Shown: piece after piece, positions 21,720 to 34,387 of the stretch
Layout of the letters: each line of letters begins with the position of its first letter
How positions within the stretch are numbered: position 1 is the first letter of the stretch
Assembly (NCBI RefSeq): GCF_030684315.1
Contig: NC_081361.1
Coordinates: 5,791,150 to 5,855,013, forward strand
Direction: 5' to 3'
DNA from: Stegostoma tigrinum
Taxonomy: Eukaryota
DNA length: 63,864 nucleotides
Position numbers and translations under genes: made by a program
The notes under the pieces: generated by a model
What the model was told of the DNA's origin: nothing
What the model saw: the letters and a program-made list of their open reading frames with translations, nothing else
Databases searched by the model: none

Positions 21720-24700
21720 CTCACTGAATTGTTACAGTGCACAGGGAGGCCATTCTGCCCATCCTGTCTGGACCGGCTCTCTGAATGAACAATTCACTGA
21801 GTGTCATTCTCCTGCCTTCTCCCTGACACTCTGCACATTGTTCCTTTTCAAATAACAGTCTCATTCCCTTTGGAACATTTGAATTGAAGCTGCCTCCACC
21901 ACACTCTCAGGCAGTGCATCCCACACCTTAACCACTCGCTGGGTGAAAATGTTTTTCCTCATCTCGCTTCTGCTTACTTTACCAAATCCTTTCAACCTGT
22001 GGCATTTGGTTGTCAATCCTGTCGTGATTAGGAACATTTTCTCCCAACTTCGTGTTTCCAAAACTCTCCTGATTGTTAATTTTTCACTCAAACTCCCCTC
22101 AGCCTTGCCTTTTTCAAAGATGGCATTCCTAATATCTTCAGTCTATCTTCACAATTCACATTATTCATCCTCAAAACTTTATTGGGATTATCCTTTTCCA
22201 TCTCTGGAAAATAATCACATCCTTCCTGAAATATTCATCTTATCTACGCCCCCGAGTTCCATTTGTTTCCACTTGGTCCATAATCCTCTAATCCTTTCAT
22301 ATTCCCCCATCCAAATGACTTTTGTCGTTGTAGGCACCTCAAAACTTCCTTCAAATTCTTGTTCCATTTACCAACCACCCACTGTGTGTAAATATTCCCC
22401 CACAGGTCATTTTTCAGTCTGACCCCTCTCACTTTAAATCTATGATCTCCAGTTTGAACTCCCTGTCTCATGAGAAAAGACCTTGGCTATTCACCTATCT
22501 ATACCCCTCATGATTTTATAGGCCTCTTTCAGGTCTCTCCTCAGCCTCCTATGCTCCAGTGTTAAATGTCCAGTTTCTCCTAATTACACAGTCTTGGAAA
22601 CAACCTTGTAAATCCTTGTTGTGCCATTCCCAGATAAATAACATTACTGTTGTAGGGCACCCGGAATTGTAGACAGTACGCCAAATGTGGTCTCACCTAT
22701 GTCTTGTACAGTTACAGTACCAACTCCTGTACTCAATGCTCTGACCGATGTTGGCAATGTGCCCAAAGCCTTCTTCACCACTACATCCACCTGTGATGCC
22801 ACTTTAAGGCAACTATGTACCTGCATCCCTAGGTGTCCCAGTTCAACAACACTCCCCGGGACTACACCATTAATTGTGTAAGTCCTACCCTGGTTTGTCA
22901 AAGCAAACCTTGCATTTATCTGAACCAAACTTGATCTGCCATCCCTCGGCCCACTGGCCCTGCTGATCAAGATCCCATTGCACTCTCAGAAAACTTCTTC
23001 ACTGTTTACTCTGCCACCAAGTTTGTTGCCATCCACAAACTTACTAACCATACCTCCTATATTCTCATCCAAATCATTCATACAAATGATGAAAAACAGT
23101 GGACCCAGAAATGATCATTGCAGCCCTCTGCTGGGCACAGGCTTCCAATCTGAACAGCACACTTCTACCACCACCCTCTGGCTCCTACTGTCAAGCCAAC
23201 TTTATATCCAATTGGCCAGCTCACCTTGATCCGTGTGATTTAACAGGCAGGACGTTGTTGAAAGCCTTGATAAGGTCCATATAGACCACATCTATCACTC
23301 TGCTTTCATCTATCTTCTTGGTCATCTTTTCAAATACTCAATCAAATTCGTGAGACACGATTTCCCATGCACAAAGCCATCTGGAGTATCCTTACTCAAT
23401 CCTTGCCTTTCCTATCTCACAAAACCCCTCCACCCACGACTGATGTCATTCTCACCTGCCTAAATTTCACTGGGTTTTCTTTGCATCCTTTCTTCAATAA
23501 TGGCACAACATTTGCCACCTTCCAGTCTTTTGACACCTCACCGATGGCTGTTGATGATCATTGCAAAGGGCCCTGTAATCTCTTTCCCAGCTTCCCAAAA
23601 AGTCCTGGAATAGACCAGTTCAGGTCCTGGGGATTTATCTTTGTTTGTTCCTTCTAAGACCACATTATAGCACCTTTTCGATAATGTAGACTGTTTGAAG
23701 ATATCATCATTTATGTCCTGAATTTCCTAAGCTTTCATGTCTCTCCCAACAGTGAATACTGATGTAAAATATGTGTTTAGTCACCAATCCATCTCCTGTT
23801 TAAAAAAATGTGAAAATTTCCAACTGTAAGATATTTGGAGATGATCCAAGGGATTTGATCCATGTTCATGACTTCACTCTAGATTTTCCTTTGCCCTTTT
23901 CCATTGTCTCCCAAGCCTCGTGATACAATGATCACTCTTCCCTAAATGTCCTCTCACTGACTCCTGATTTAATTGGGCCTCCTCATTCCTAAGATCCAGG
24001 TCTCGCAGAGCCTCCTTTTACATTGGACAGTAAATACACGACCGGAGAAAATTCACCTGAACACACACTCACAACTCTGGCCCCTCTCTGCCCCTCAAAC
24101 TGCTGCTATCCCTGAGTATATTCAGTGAATTAAAGCCGCATATTAAAAAGCTCCTACAATGTTTGCACCTCTCTGTAAATTCCTTGCAGATTTGTTCCTT
24201 CTCATTGTTCGGTGACTTATAGACTGCACTGAGCAATCTGATTGCACATTTTTTCTTCCTTATCTCAAGCCAAATCAATTCTAATCCTTGAACCCTCTGG
24301 GGCATCCTCTTTCTCCACTTTACATGGATTTCCTTAACCAATCCCAAAACTGCCCTCTCCCTTTTCCTTTTTTCCCATCTTTCCTGAACCCTTTGTATGC
24401 AAGAATATTTAACACCCTGTCCTGCCCTTCTTTGAGACCCATCTCTTAGAGCCACAACATCAGATCCGCACTTGGACATCTGAGTCTGTATCTCTCCAAT
24501 CTAATTCTCCAGACTCCATGCTGTCATATACATGCACAGTGACCATGATTTAAACTTTATTACTCTTGCCATTGCTCTGACATTTCCTAATTGGTTACAA
24601 TTTTAACTCTGGTGCTATCTGTCTCTCCCAGGAATCAGTGGACCTTGGCGTTCCTCTCTAATATTCCCTCCTGGTTCCCACAGCTCTACCAAGTTTAAAT

Positions 24701-25440
24701 CCTCTCAAATAGCACTAGTAAACCACCGCAGAAGGAAATCAACCCCAGCTCTGTTCAGGAGCAATTTGTCTGGTCTGTCCAGCTCCTATCTCCCCCAGAG
24801 CCTGCCCCAATACCCAAATAATCCAAAGCCCTCCATCCTGGGCCCTCTTTCCAGCCCCACATTCAACTCTCTTACTCTCTTCTTCCTATCCTCACTTGTG
24901 CGCGGCACTGGGATTAATTGAAGACTTCAGCTGTGCAACCCAGTGATTCTTCCTTTTGAGCTCCTGCTGCTAATTCCCTGCCAAGCTCTGCAAATTCTGA
25001 CTGAAGGACCACATCCCTTTTCTCCCTCTGTCACTGGCACCGATGTAGATCACAACTGCTGACTGTGCCACCTCTCCCTCAGGGTGCTCTGCAGCTGCTC
25101 AGTGACATCCTTGACCCTGGCACCAGGGAGACAACACACCATCCTGGATTCACATCTGCAGCGACAGAAATACCTATCGATTGCTCTTGCTCTCGAATCT
25201 CCTCTCACTATTGCTCTTCCAGTCTTCCTTGTGTCCCCGCCACTCCCATACAGCTGAACCACCTGTGGTGTCCGGGGCTTGGCTCTGGCTCCACTCCCCA
25301 GATGAACCATCATTCCCAACAGGATTCCAACTGCTGTCACTGACCACACTTCCTTTATTCATCGTATTCCAGGAGCTGGGAAACATCCTGAAATTCCCAC
25401 ATGTAACAGGATGCAGACTCTCTCCACCTCCTGGTTATCT
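21720..25440 (-). mobile_element. Decayed CR1 mosaic in the J-C intron, including ORF1 SGNH-esterase remnant
   Basis: FTQRVVKVWDALP and LIWLEIR...YKSPN (ORF2). GRAIVRGDS...MVCCLPGARVKDV (25050-25349; CR1 ORF1 esterase-like). Confidence 0.8.
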
Positions 25441-25539
25441 CTTGGCAAAGTTTTGCTGACAGACAGCTACAGCAGGGCTCACAATCCAGTGCTTTCAGTG
25501 TTCCAGGGTTTTTTGGGAAACTCCCATTTGTTTTCTCTT

Positions 25540-26395
25540 TGGGTCGAGTTCGGGCCAATATTTATCCCTGATCCAACATCCCCAAAGAAGGCGTCTTGGT
25601 CCCATTGCAGCTTGTGGGATCTTACTTTGTACAAAGTAGCTGCCAAATTCCTGCCATTACAAGGGAGACTGGTTTTCAACCAAGTCCCTGACTGTCTGTA
25701 AAAGTCTTTGGGACAGTCTGAGGTGTGAAATGCTTAGTTGTAATCCAAGTCTTTCCTACTTTTGGATAACTTCCCCTCCAACCCCGGGTCCCCACCCCGT
25801 CGACTCCCCATCATCTGCTTATCATCTCTCTCCTGAAGGCACTGTCTCCGGCTGGGAAACAGCTCCAGCCTCCACAAGTGGCCTCATTCCTCCAAGTGTG
25901 AGCCAGGAGTTGGGGGTGCATGGCAGGCTATTGGACCAGGAGGTGTCAGCAAGACATCAGCAGGGAGCACTGTCACATCAGAATCACAATATTATGTCCT
26001 CATGTCGCACTCCAGCAAATGCAGGCTCGGTGGATTAGCCATGGGAAATGTTGGGTTACAGAGATAGGGTGGGGGCAGGTGTGTCTGGATGGAATGGTCT
26101 TCAGAGTGTCAGCATTCACAGGTTGGGCGTTTTACAGATCCTGCGATACTGCAATTATATGACTTGACCACATCATCCAGGCTGAGAGTGCAGTGCAGTA
26201 CTGAGGAATGGTCTTTCAGATAACTTAATGTCTGCTCTCACAGGGAGCGGTAAAAAATACCGTGGAACTATTAGAAGAAGAGCAGATAAGTTCCCCCTGG
26301 TATCCTGGTTAATATTTATCACCAAATAAACATCACTAAAAATCTGATTCTCTGCTCATTATCAGTCTGTTCACTGGGATCATGCTGTGCACAAT
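25540..26395 (+). mobile_element. Two decayed DeuSINE-like (SacSINE1-like) fragments (~25540-25760, ~26170-26395)
   Basis: Shared GGCCAATATTTATCCC...AACATC...GGGATC.TGCTGTGCACAA block, resembling the Deu core from memory. Confidence 0.5.
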
Positions 26396-26789
26396 CAGCA
26401 TTGAGGTACAGAAGTCATCCTTAGCATCAGGAACACCATCAAACAGAGCCCTGTTTACCCTGCTCCATCCTTCTTACAGACATATGGGATCTGGTCCCAA
26501 GTTTGGGAGAGATGTCTCACAGATGAGTCAAGTTACAGCCTGACACAGTCATACTCACAGTAGTGGGCTTTGCAGGCAATGTCCTAGACACCACCATCAC
26601 CACCCCTGGGTATGTCCTCTTACACCAGTTGGACAGACCCAGAAAGGGCAGCGCACAGTGGTATACAGTCAGGAAGAAGTGACCTTGGAGTCATCGACAT
26701 TGGCTCTGGACCTCAGGAAGCCTCATGGCATCAGGTCAAACATGTGCAAGGAAACCAGCGAGTCTCACATCAGTGTTCAGAAGTTGATG

Positions 26790-28270
26790 GGAGAAAATTT
26801 TGAAGTTAGAATGAATCTCCATTTCAGGGGTAGTCAGCACGGCTTTGTCAGAGGGAGGCCATGGCCAACAAATCTGGTGAGATTTTGTTGAGGAGGTGAA
26901 TAGGTGTGCAGGTGAGGGTGGCGCAGTTGGTGTAGTTAAATGGATTTCAGGAAGACCTTTGACAAGTTCCCACATGGGAGGTGGATGAAGGAGAGAATGG
27001 CCCATGGGATCCAGGGTAACTTGGCAATTTGGATAGTTTCGGGGGTGGGGCTTAGATTAGTTCACAGGTCGGTGCAACATCGAGGGCCGAAGGGCGTGTT
27101 CTGCGTTGTATTGTCCTATGTTCTATGTTCTAAAACTGACTTTGAGTCAGGTAACAGAGAATGATGGGAGAAGGCTGCGTGTGTGACTGGGCAGTGGGAT
27201 AGCTCAGTGATCAGTGCTGACTCCCTCACTGTGATATACAGGAACAATGTTGATGAGAACAGGTGAGGTGAGGATCAATGAGTTTGTGGATGACATGAAG
27301 ATTGGCTGGAAGGTCGATTGTGAGGAAGAAGGTTTTATGTTCCAGGATATAACCAGATTTGTCAGATGGGCAGGTCAGAGGCAGCTGGAATGTAAGCCTG
27401 ATAAATGTGAGGTGATGCACTTTGGAGGAAGTAACAAGACAAGGGACTACTCAATGAATCAGAGATAATGGGAACTGCAGATGCTGGAGATTCCAAGATA
27501 ATAAAATGGGAGGCTGGATGAACACAGCAGGCCAAGCAGCATCTCAGGAGCACAAAAGCTGACGTTTCGGGCCTAGACCCTTCATGAAGGGTCTAGGCCC
27601 GAAACGTCAGCTTTTGTGCTCCTGAGATGCTGCTTGGCCTGCTGTGTTCATCCAGCCTCCCATTTTATTACTACTCAATGAATGGCAGGAAACTGGGAAT
27701 CTCAGAGGAACAGCAGGATCTTGGGATGTTTGTCCACAGATCCCTGAAAGTGCCAGAGGAAGTCAATCAGGCAGTTATGAAGGCATACTGGACACCTGTC
27801 TTTATCATTTCAGATATAGATTATCTGAAGGTATGGGAAGGATATGGTGGAGTTGTACAGGACATTGGTTAGGCCACAGCTGGGCACTGTGTGCAGTTCT
27901 GGTCACCACACTATAGGAAGGATGTGAATGTACTGGAGGGGGTGCAGCGGAGATTCACCAGGATGTTGCCCACGATGGAGCGTTTCAGTGACGAAGGGGG
28001 ACTAGATAAGCTCACGTTGTTTTCTTTGGAGCAGAGAAGGTTGAGGCTGTTTCACCCAGTGCTGGGGAAGTGGAATACACTGCCTGGGAGGGGAGCAGGT
28101 GGGTAATTTCACAGGCATTCGAATGTACTTGGATGAGCCCCTGAAATATCCCAACATTCAATGTTATGGGCCCAGTTCAAGAAAGGGGGCAGAGAGCAGA
28201 CTTAGTGCAGCATTCATGGTGCAGACTTGATAGGGCGAATGGCCTCTTCAGTACAGTATGATTCTGTGAA
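26790..28270 (+). mobile_element. Decayed CR1 RT/3' region
   Basis: SQHGFVRGR, DFRKTFDK, FVDDMKIG, CEVMHFG and VQRRFTRMLP motifs. Confidence 0.8.
27460..27669. mobile_element. Miniature inverted PLE insertion containing a 172-bp perfect palindrome (27499-27670)
   Basis: 14-bp TSD ACTACTCAATGAAT (27446-27459 / 27670-27683). Arms are exact reverse complements about TTCA|TGAA. Confidence 0.95.
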
Positions 28271-28561
28271 AACTCCCACTGATTAGCACGTACTGCCCGC
28301 CCTTGGATGAAAAATCAGAATCTCCTCCAGGTTGAACAGCACTTGGAGGAAGCACTGAGAGTGGTGAGGGCACAGAATGCACTCTGGGTGGGGAATTTCA
28401 ATGTCCTCCATCAACAAGGAATTTTAATAAACATTAATTCTTTTGTTAGGTTTGTTCAGTATTGGCTGCAAATGTTCAAACAGATTGTTGTGCAACTGAA
28501 TGTTTGGAAAGTTAAAATCTTTTGAATGGTAGGGATTAAAATTGCTTCTGTTGTCTTTCAG

Positions 28562-28890
28562 GCCGTGACAGGTCTCAGCCCAAGCTGACCCTGCTGCCCC
28601 CCTCCCCGGAGCAGGTTCAGACCAAGGGCACTGCCACCCTGGTGTGCCTCGCCAATCACTTCTATCCTGATGAGCTGGTGGTGCAGTGGAAGAAGGATGG
28701 TGCAATCATTTCAGACGGGGTTCAGACCAGCAACTACTTGCTAGCTTCGGACAGCACCTACAGTGTCAGCAGCCTGCTGACCCTCTCTGGCTCTGACTGG
28801 GAGTCCAACGCTCGCTTCTCCTGTGCCCTGACCCACGTCACCCTCCCCTCTCCCCTCAGCAAGACCATCAGGAGATCAGAATGTGTGTAG
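28562..28890 (+). CDS. IGKC: Ig kappa constant exon C1
   Basis: Acceptor TTTCAG. RDRSQPKLTLLPPSPEQVQTKGTATLVCLANHFYPDELVVQWKKDG...YSVSSLLTLSGSDWESNARFSCALTH...RSECV*. Open frame with penultimate Cys. Confidence 0.97.
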
Positions 28891-29176
28891 TGTGTTTGAG
28901 ACAGTCCACAGAGGGGACACAACTTTAAATAGAACAGGGCTGAGCTGGCAGGACAAAGGTCATTGTCAGTACAGAATTTCAACTCTCTTCCTTCTCGCGA
29001 CTGGTTTGGAGACCCTTCTGAGGTTCAGGGGTTAAGACAGGTCATTGGGGCAGTGTAGAGGGTGCTTTACTCTGTTTCTCACCCCATGCTGTCCCTGTCC
29101 TGGAAGTGTTTGATGGAGACAGTGTTGAGGTGTGATGCCAAGTAAAATCTCTCAAAGTTGCTGAAGACTGCCAGCT

Positions 29177-29227
29177 GTACAAAAATCTCTGATGAAGGGT
29201 CTAGGTCCGAAACGTCAGCTTTTGTGC
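29177..29227 (+). ncRNA. Putative minimal type I hammerhead ribozyme (PLE-derived) in the C1 3' UTR
   Basis: CTGATGA-A-[GGGT CTAG GTCC]-GAAA-CGTC core at 29189-29216, palindromic ACGT stem III. Activity untested. Confidence 0.55.
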
Positions 29228-29282
29228 TCCTGAGATGCTGCTTGGACTGCTGTGTTCATCTAGCTTCACACTTTGTTATCTT
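29186..29282 (+). mobile_element. PLE 3'-terminal fragment in the C1 3' UTR
   Basis: Matches the 3' region of the PLEs at 6745-6842 and 59908-60004. Confidence 0.9.
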
Positions 29283-29506
29283 GAACCTCAGAAGTCTGTG
29301 CTTCAGTAAGCCAGAACTCCTTCCTGCTCAGCTGCCAGTTCCAATTTAAAGTTTTGTCACAGCTTAAAATGACACAACTCTAATGTTATTGAGAAAATCT
29401 CCTCAAGTGTTTTCCTCAAGCTCCATTATGGCTGTGAATTTGTGCACTTCCTCTGTCTGGGCTGTTAATTGCAGTCTTTTTTTGTCAATGTCAATCTGGA
29501 AAATGG

Positions 29507-29512
29507 AATAAA
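29507..29512 (+). terminator. Probable polyadenylation signal of C1
   Basis: First AATAAA I found after the stop codon; conserved at the paralogous position of C2; GT-rich downstream. Confidence 0.75.
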
Positions 29513-31295
29513 GATGAAGAAGATTCAGTCTCTGTCTGGTGTAGGGTTTGGAAATGAGCTATCCCTCTCTTAGCTGATTGGCTGGGTGAACTTTCAAACA
29601 ATGACACTTCACTGTAGTCTGGATTGAGAGCCTTTGATCTGGAATCTGTTGAGTTTACAAGATTCCAAACTGATCACAATCTGAAAGCTGCTGGGACTCA
29701 ATCATTGCAATCTGAGATATTAACTCTTCACTGTGTTGGTGAAGACCCACCAGCTGGGATTGCACTGTGCAGTGTCTGCTATCAAACACCTGAAATAAGC
29801 TTTGGCCAATCACAGACTCCGGAGGCTGAAATCGTAACATTACTTTCTTCCACATATGCCTTTTCCTCACAGTGACAGCTCAAAACTGAACTGAGTGAGG
29901 TCTAAGTTCAGAGACAGGATCAGTCAGGATCCCACAGTAAACACGACACCATGTGAGTGTGTCTGTTACGTGCTGCTGTCTGTGGGTGTGTATCTCAGCT
30001 TTACAGCACGTCATCGCTCCTTGAGTCTGATATCAGTGTAAAACCCTGTTGGTGATTTCAGATTTGTTTTGAGGAGGGGAATGGAGGGAGTGTGGTGTGT
30101 CAGAACAAGTTGTGATCATTTCCTGGCCCCCATTCCCATATTACATAAAAAACCTGGAATAACGGGATGTTATGATCGATATGCCTATCACTGAGATTGA
30201 CAGGGCAGAGTTCAGTCACTTACTGTTGATCCAACTTCTGACCAGAATGTGGCCACTTTAACACCAATCGAATAGTTTGAAGTGAAAGGGAATGAATTGG
30301 GGTCTTCCTGTATATTTACACTGGTCTGTCTGACTGCCCCTCATCCTTCCCAGTGTCTGGAGGATAAACCCAATCACCATTTTAAACCAATCAGATTCCC
30401 AAACAACAACAGCTGCCAATGAAAATGACAAGAAGGTGCTGATTATAAAATCTAATCTTTCTTGTTAGACAAGGTACAGACCAACAATCGGTAAGGTGAG
30501 ATTGCATTATGAGGAAGTACTTTATGCAGAGCTGGTGATCACCCTGTGAGACCTCAATGCCACAATTAACAACAAATGCTGTTTGAGATCAGAGTGAGGG
30601 GACAGGAGGGTCACCCAGTGTTTGTCAATGACTCTAAAACAATACACTTTAGGGCAGAACATGAGAGAGACCTCTTCGCTCATTCTCTCTGCAGATTATG
30701 ACTGTTCCCATTCAGCTCCATATGGGTGTGTGCTGTGCTGGTTAATGAGTTAGACTGCAGTGATCCTGCCCTCTGTATACTCATGTCACTGAGAGAGGGA
30801 TATGAGGCTGTGTTTCTGGGATTCATTCATGGGATATGGACATCAGTGTCCGGGCCCAGCATTTATTGCCCACACCCAGTTGTTCCGGAGAAAGAGGGTG
30901 AGCTGCAACTGGGGATGGCGAAACAATGCTGGCCCAGGCAGCAATACCCACATCCCATGCATGGATAGAAGATGCTGATTGTTGGGTATTTAGCTCATTG
31001 TGAACAGACTTTCCACAATCAGGAGGCTGGAGGAGAAGGAAATCTAAAGACATTTCAGAAGCATTTAGCTGAGTTAGTAAAACCCCTCAGCATACAAGGC
31101 TGTGGGCCAAGTCATTGGAAATGGGATTGGAGCATGTTTGACAGTCAGTTTGGACACAATGGGCCTTAGCACCTCTTTCCATACTGTAAAGACTCTGTGA
31201 CCACACAACGCACAACAGGTGACCCAATATGAAGGCTGCACAACAACAAGTGCAGGAGTGGGGTATTCAAAGGCTGATCATCAGCTGAATCCTAC

Positions 31296-31367
31296 ATTCA
31301 CTAGCCCCAGTTCCTCCTTACTCACCGCCTGCTGTCTCTCCTACCATTTACTCCACTGTGAACAAAC
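31296..31367 (-). pseudogene. RABGAP1L: RABGAP1L-like exon (VCSQWSKW*ERQQAVSKEELGLVN)
   Basis: 72 nt between TTCAG acceptor and GTAGG donor. Aligns to recalled RABGAP1L [24 protein letters not shown]. In-frame TAG. Confidence 0.8.
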
Positions 31368-31624
31368 CTGAACAGAACAAGAGGAGATACATTGCTGCTC
31401 CTGTCACCTCCCTGATGCATGTGCACAATTATTAAGGCTCAAGTCATCAGACTGCACTGTCCATAAGTTTAGTGGGAAGGCCTTAATTATTAGGGATTCA
31501 TGGGACTTTGTTGTTCCAAACTGAACTGTCTCTCTTAAACTGTCTGGATACCCCTCCATAAGGATTCATCCCCTTGGTATCCATCTCTCAGGGCCTTGGT
31601 TGGCCCAGCAAATTTTTGAAATAA

Positions 31625-33080
31625 GTTTATTCATTTGTGGGAAGTGGGTGCCATTCGCTGGGCCAGCCTTTACTGTCTGTCCCTGGTTACATTGAGAAGG
31701 TGGGGTTGAGCTGCTTTCTTGCACCGCAGCAGTCCACCTGCTGTAGGTTGACACATGATGCCCTTAGAGAGGGAATTCCAGGAATCTGGCCCAGTGACAG
31801 CAAAGGAACAACAATGTATTTCCAAGTCAGGATGGTGAGTGACTGGGAGGGGAACTTGAGGGTGATGTGCCCATCTATCTGCTGCCCTTGTCTTTCTCGA
31901 TGGAAGGGGCCATCAATTTGGAAGGTGTTGACTGAGGATCTTTGGTGAATTTCTGCATCTTGCAGATAGTACACTGCTGCTGGTGAGCATTGTTGGTGGA
32001 CAGAGTGGATGCTTGTGGATATAGAGCCAATCAAGTGGTCTCCTTTGTCCTGGATAGTGTCAAGCTTCTTGAGTGTTATTAGAACTGCACTCATCCAGGA
32101 AATTGTGTAGGAATCCTTCACACTCCTGACTTGTGCCTTGGAGATGGTGAGCAGGCTTTGAGAATCTCATACTGTGAGTTACTCATCACAGTATTCCAAG
32201 CCACGGACCTGCTCTTGTAGCCACCGCATTTATGTAATGAGTCCAATTGAGTTTCTGGTCAATGATAACCCTCAGGATGTTGATAGTGGGTGATTCAGTG
32301 ACAGTAACAGCATTGAATGTCAAGGGGTGGTGGTTAGATTGTCTCTTATTGGTGATGGTCATCACCTGGCATCTGTGTGACATGAATGTTATTTGCCACT
32401 GGTCAGCCTCTGGAATTTAGCTCTTTCGTCCACGTTTGGACCAAGGCTGGAATAAGGTCGGGGCTGAATGGCCCTGGTGGAACCCAAACTAGGCATCACC
32501 GAGCAGGTTATTGCTGAGCAGATGCTGTTTGATAGCACTGTTGACAACACCTTCCATCACTTTCTTGAAGATTGAGAGGAGACTGGTGGGGCGGTAATTG
32601 GATGAGTTGGATTTGCCCTGCTTTTCATGTACAGTGCATACTTACAATTTTCCATATTGTGGGATTCATGCGTGTGCGTAACCGTACTTCAGTAGGTTGG
32701 CTCTGCAGCATGAGTCTGAAGTAAAATTGCCAGAATGTTGTCAAGGCCCATAGCTTCGGCAGTGACCAGTGTCTCCAACCATTTACTGATATCATATCGA
32801 GTGAATCTAATTGGCTGAAGACAGGTATCTGTAATGTCCCACACTGGGGGAGGCCTAGATGCGTCATCCACTAAGCATGTCTGGCAGAAGATTGCCAAGA
32901 AAGCTTCAGCTTTATCTAACTTTTGCGCAAATGTGCTTTTTTTTCATCATTAAGGATTGGGTTATTTGTGGAGCCTCCTGCTTCAGTGAGTTGTTTAATG
33001 GTCGCCCACCATTCACGACATGAAGTGACAGGACTGCAGAGCTTAGATCTGATCTATTGGTTAGGGGAACTCCCAGCTCT
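31625..33080 (-). mobile_element. Decayed LINE of a second CR1/L2-like family
   Basis: KCQVMTI-like...INILRVIIDQKLNWTHYINAVATRAG and LKKLDTIQDK (RT C-terminal motifs). Confidence 0.7.
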
Positions 33081-34305
33081 GTCTATCACTTGTTGTTTAT
33101 CTGTGGAAATTGACACACAGTTCACATTTCTGGACCAGTACGACTTCTTCAGAAATCTTAACTCAATTCTCCTCTCCACAGATTCTGCTAGACGTCTTGA
33201 GTTTGTCCAGCATTCTCTGTTTTTTGGTACAGATTTCCAGCATCCACAGTCTCTAGTTTTTATCTTTCTGGATCCTATCTGTTTCAAATGGATCACTGCT
33301 TGTTCTCTAAAGTCCAGTGTGTACAGTATGTCCAACTTTTCCTCAGAGGATAACACCGTCATCCCAGGAATGAATTGAGTGAATTGTCTCTGAATTGTTT
33401 GCAACACAATATTAGCATAATTTCTCAAAGCTGAAGTAAGCCGGACAGCCCATCAATTCTGCTCCATGATTCAATGACATTGCGTTTGATCTGATAATCT
33501 TTAACTCCATTTTCCTGCCTTTTCCCCACAACATTTGATCTCCTTTCTTCAATGAGACCAGAACTATACACAGCTCTCCAGATGAGACCTCATCAACAGC
33601 CCTTTGCAATAAACACCAACAATCCATCTACCTTCCTCATCATTTGCTCGCACTGTCTACTAACTTTGTGATTCATGTACCAGGACACCCAGATCCCTCT
33701 GTGCCTGTCTGCAGAAAGGGGAGAAGTATAGAATGCTTCCTCTGGATCTTCGTGCTAGTGAGGGGGTTGGACTTGATAAAAGAACACTTACTAAAGGGAG
33801 TACTTGCTGGGAGAGAAGGTTCAGAGAATGCAGCCGGCACTTTCCAGTGAGCCACATGTCAATAGGTGGTTGCGATAACTGAAGGATTTGCGCTCTGCAA
33901 ATTCAGGAACAGGTACAACCTCAAGAGGAAGTGACCGTAAAATGCCTCTGCTCAGAAACGACTTTTAGAAAAGAGCAGTCTGCAGGTAGTGTGGTCACAA
34001 CAGCTAAGGTAGACCTGGAATTTTCAACTGAATGTCTTAAAGCTGCAACAGAGTTTCACATCAAGATTAAACTGATGATGAAACCTCAGAGTGTGTCATC
34101 AGTCAAAAGAAACCGGAAAGTCATGCCCCAGCAGTAGGAAGTTGCTCAAGGATGGACACCCCACACTGACTTTAGGAAAGGAATGAGAGACAAACCCTAC
34201 ACTCAGACCCAGAAACACCAAGCCATCCGATGCACCGTTCGTTTCAAGATAATCTGTTCAGTGTTCATATCCCAGGAAATATGCGGCAGGTCACGGTGTC
34301 CGGAC

Positions 34306-34387
34306 CTGTTCATTCTGAAATGATGCCATTTGTCTTGTAGACCTCACATTCAGCATTCTCTAACTCGCTGCGAGAAACCTCCTTAAT
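34306..34387 (-). pseudogene. RABGAP1L: RABGAP1L-like exon (IKEVSRSELENAECEVYKTNGIISE, 2-nt deletion at end)
   Basis: TTGCAG acceptor and CAG|GT donor. 82 nt versus 84 expected for recalled [28 protein letters not shown]. Confidence 0.8.

Noticed and set aside
27581-27610. Hammerhead in the palindrome centre
   Set aside because: The junction removes the CUG of the catalytic core.
29729-29895. Heptamers downstream of C1 as a kappa-deleting-element-like RSS
   Set aside because: None has a nonamer at 12/23 spacing.
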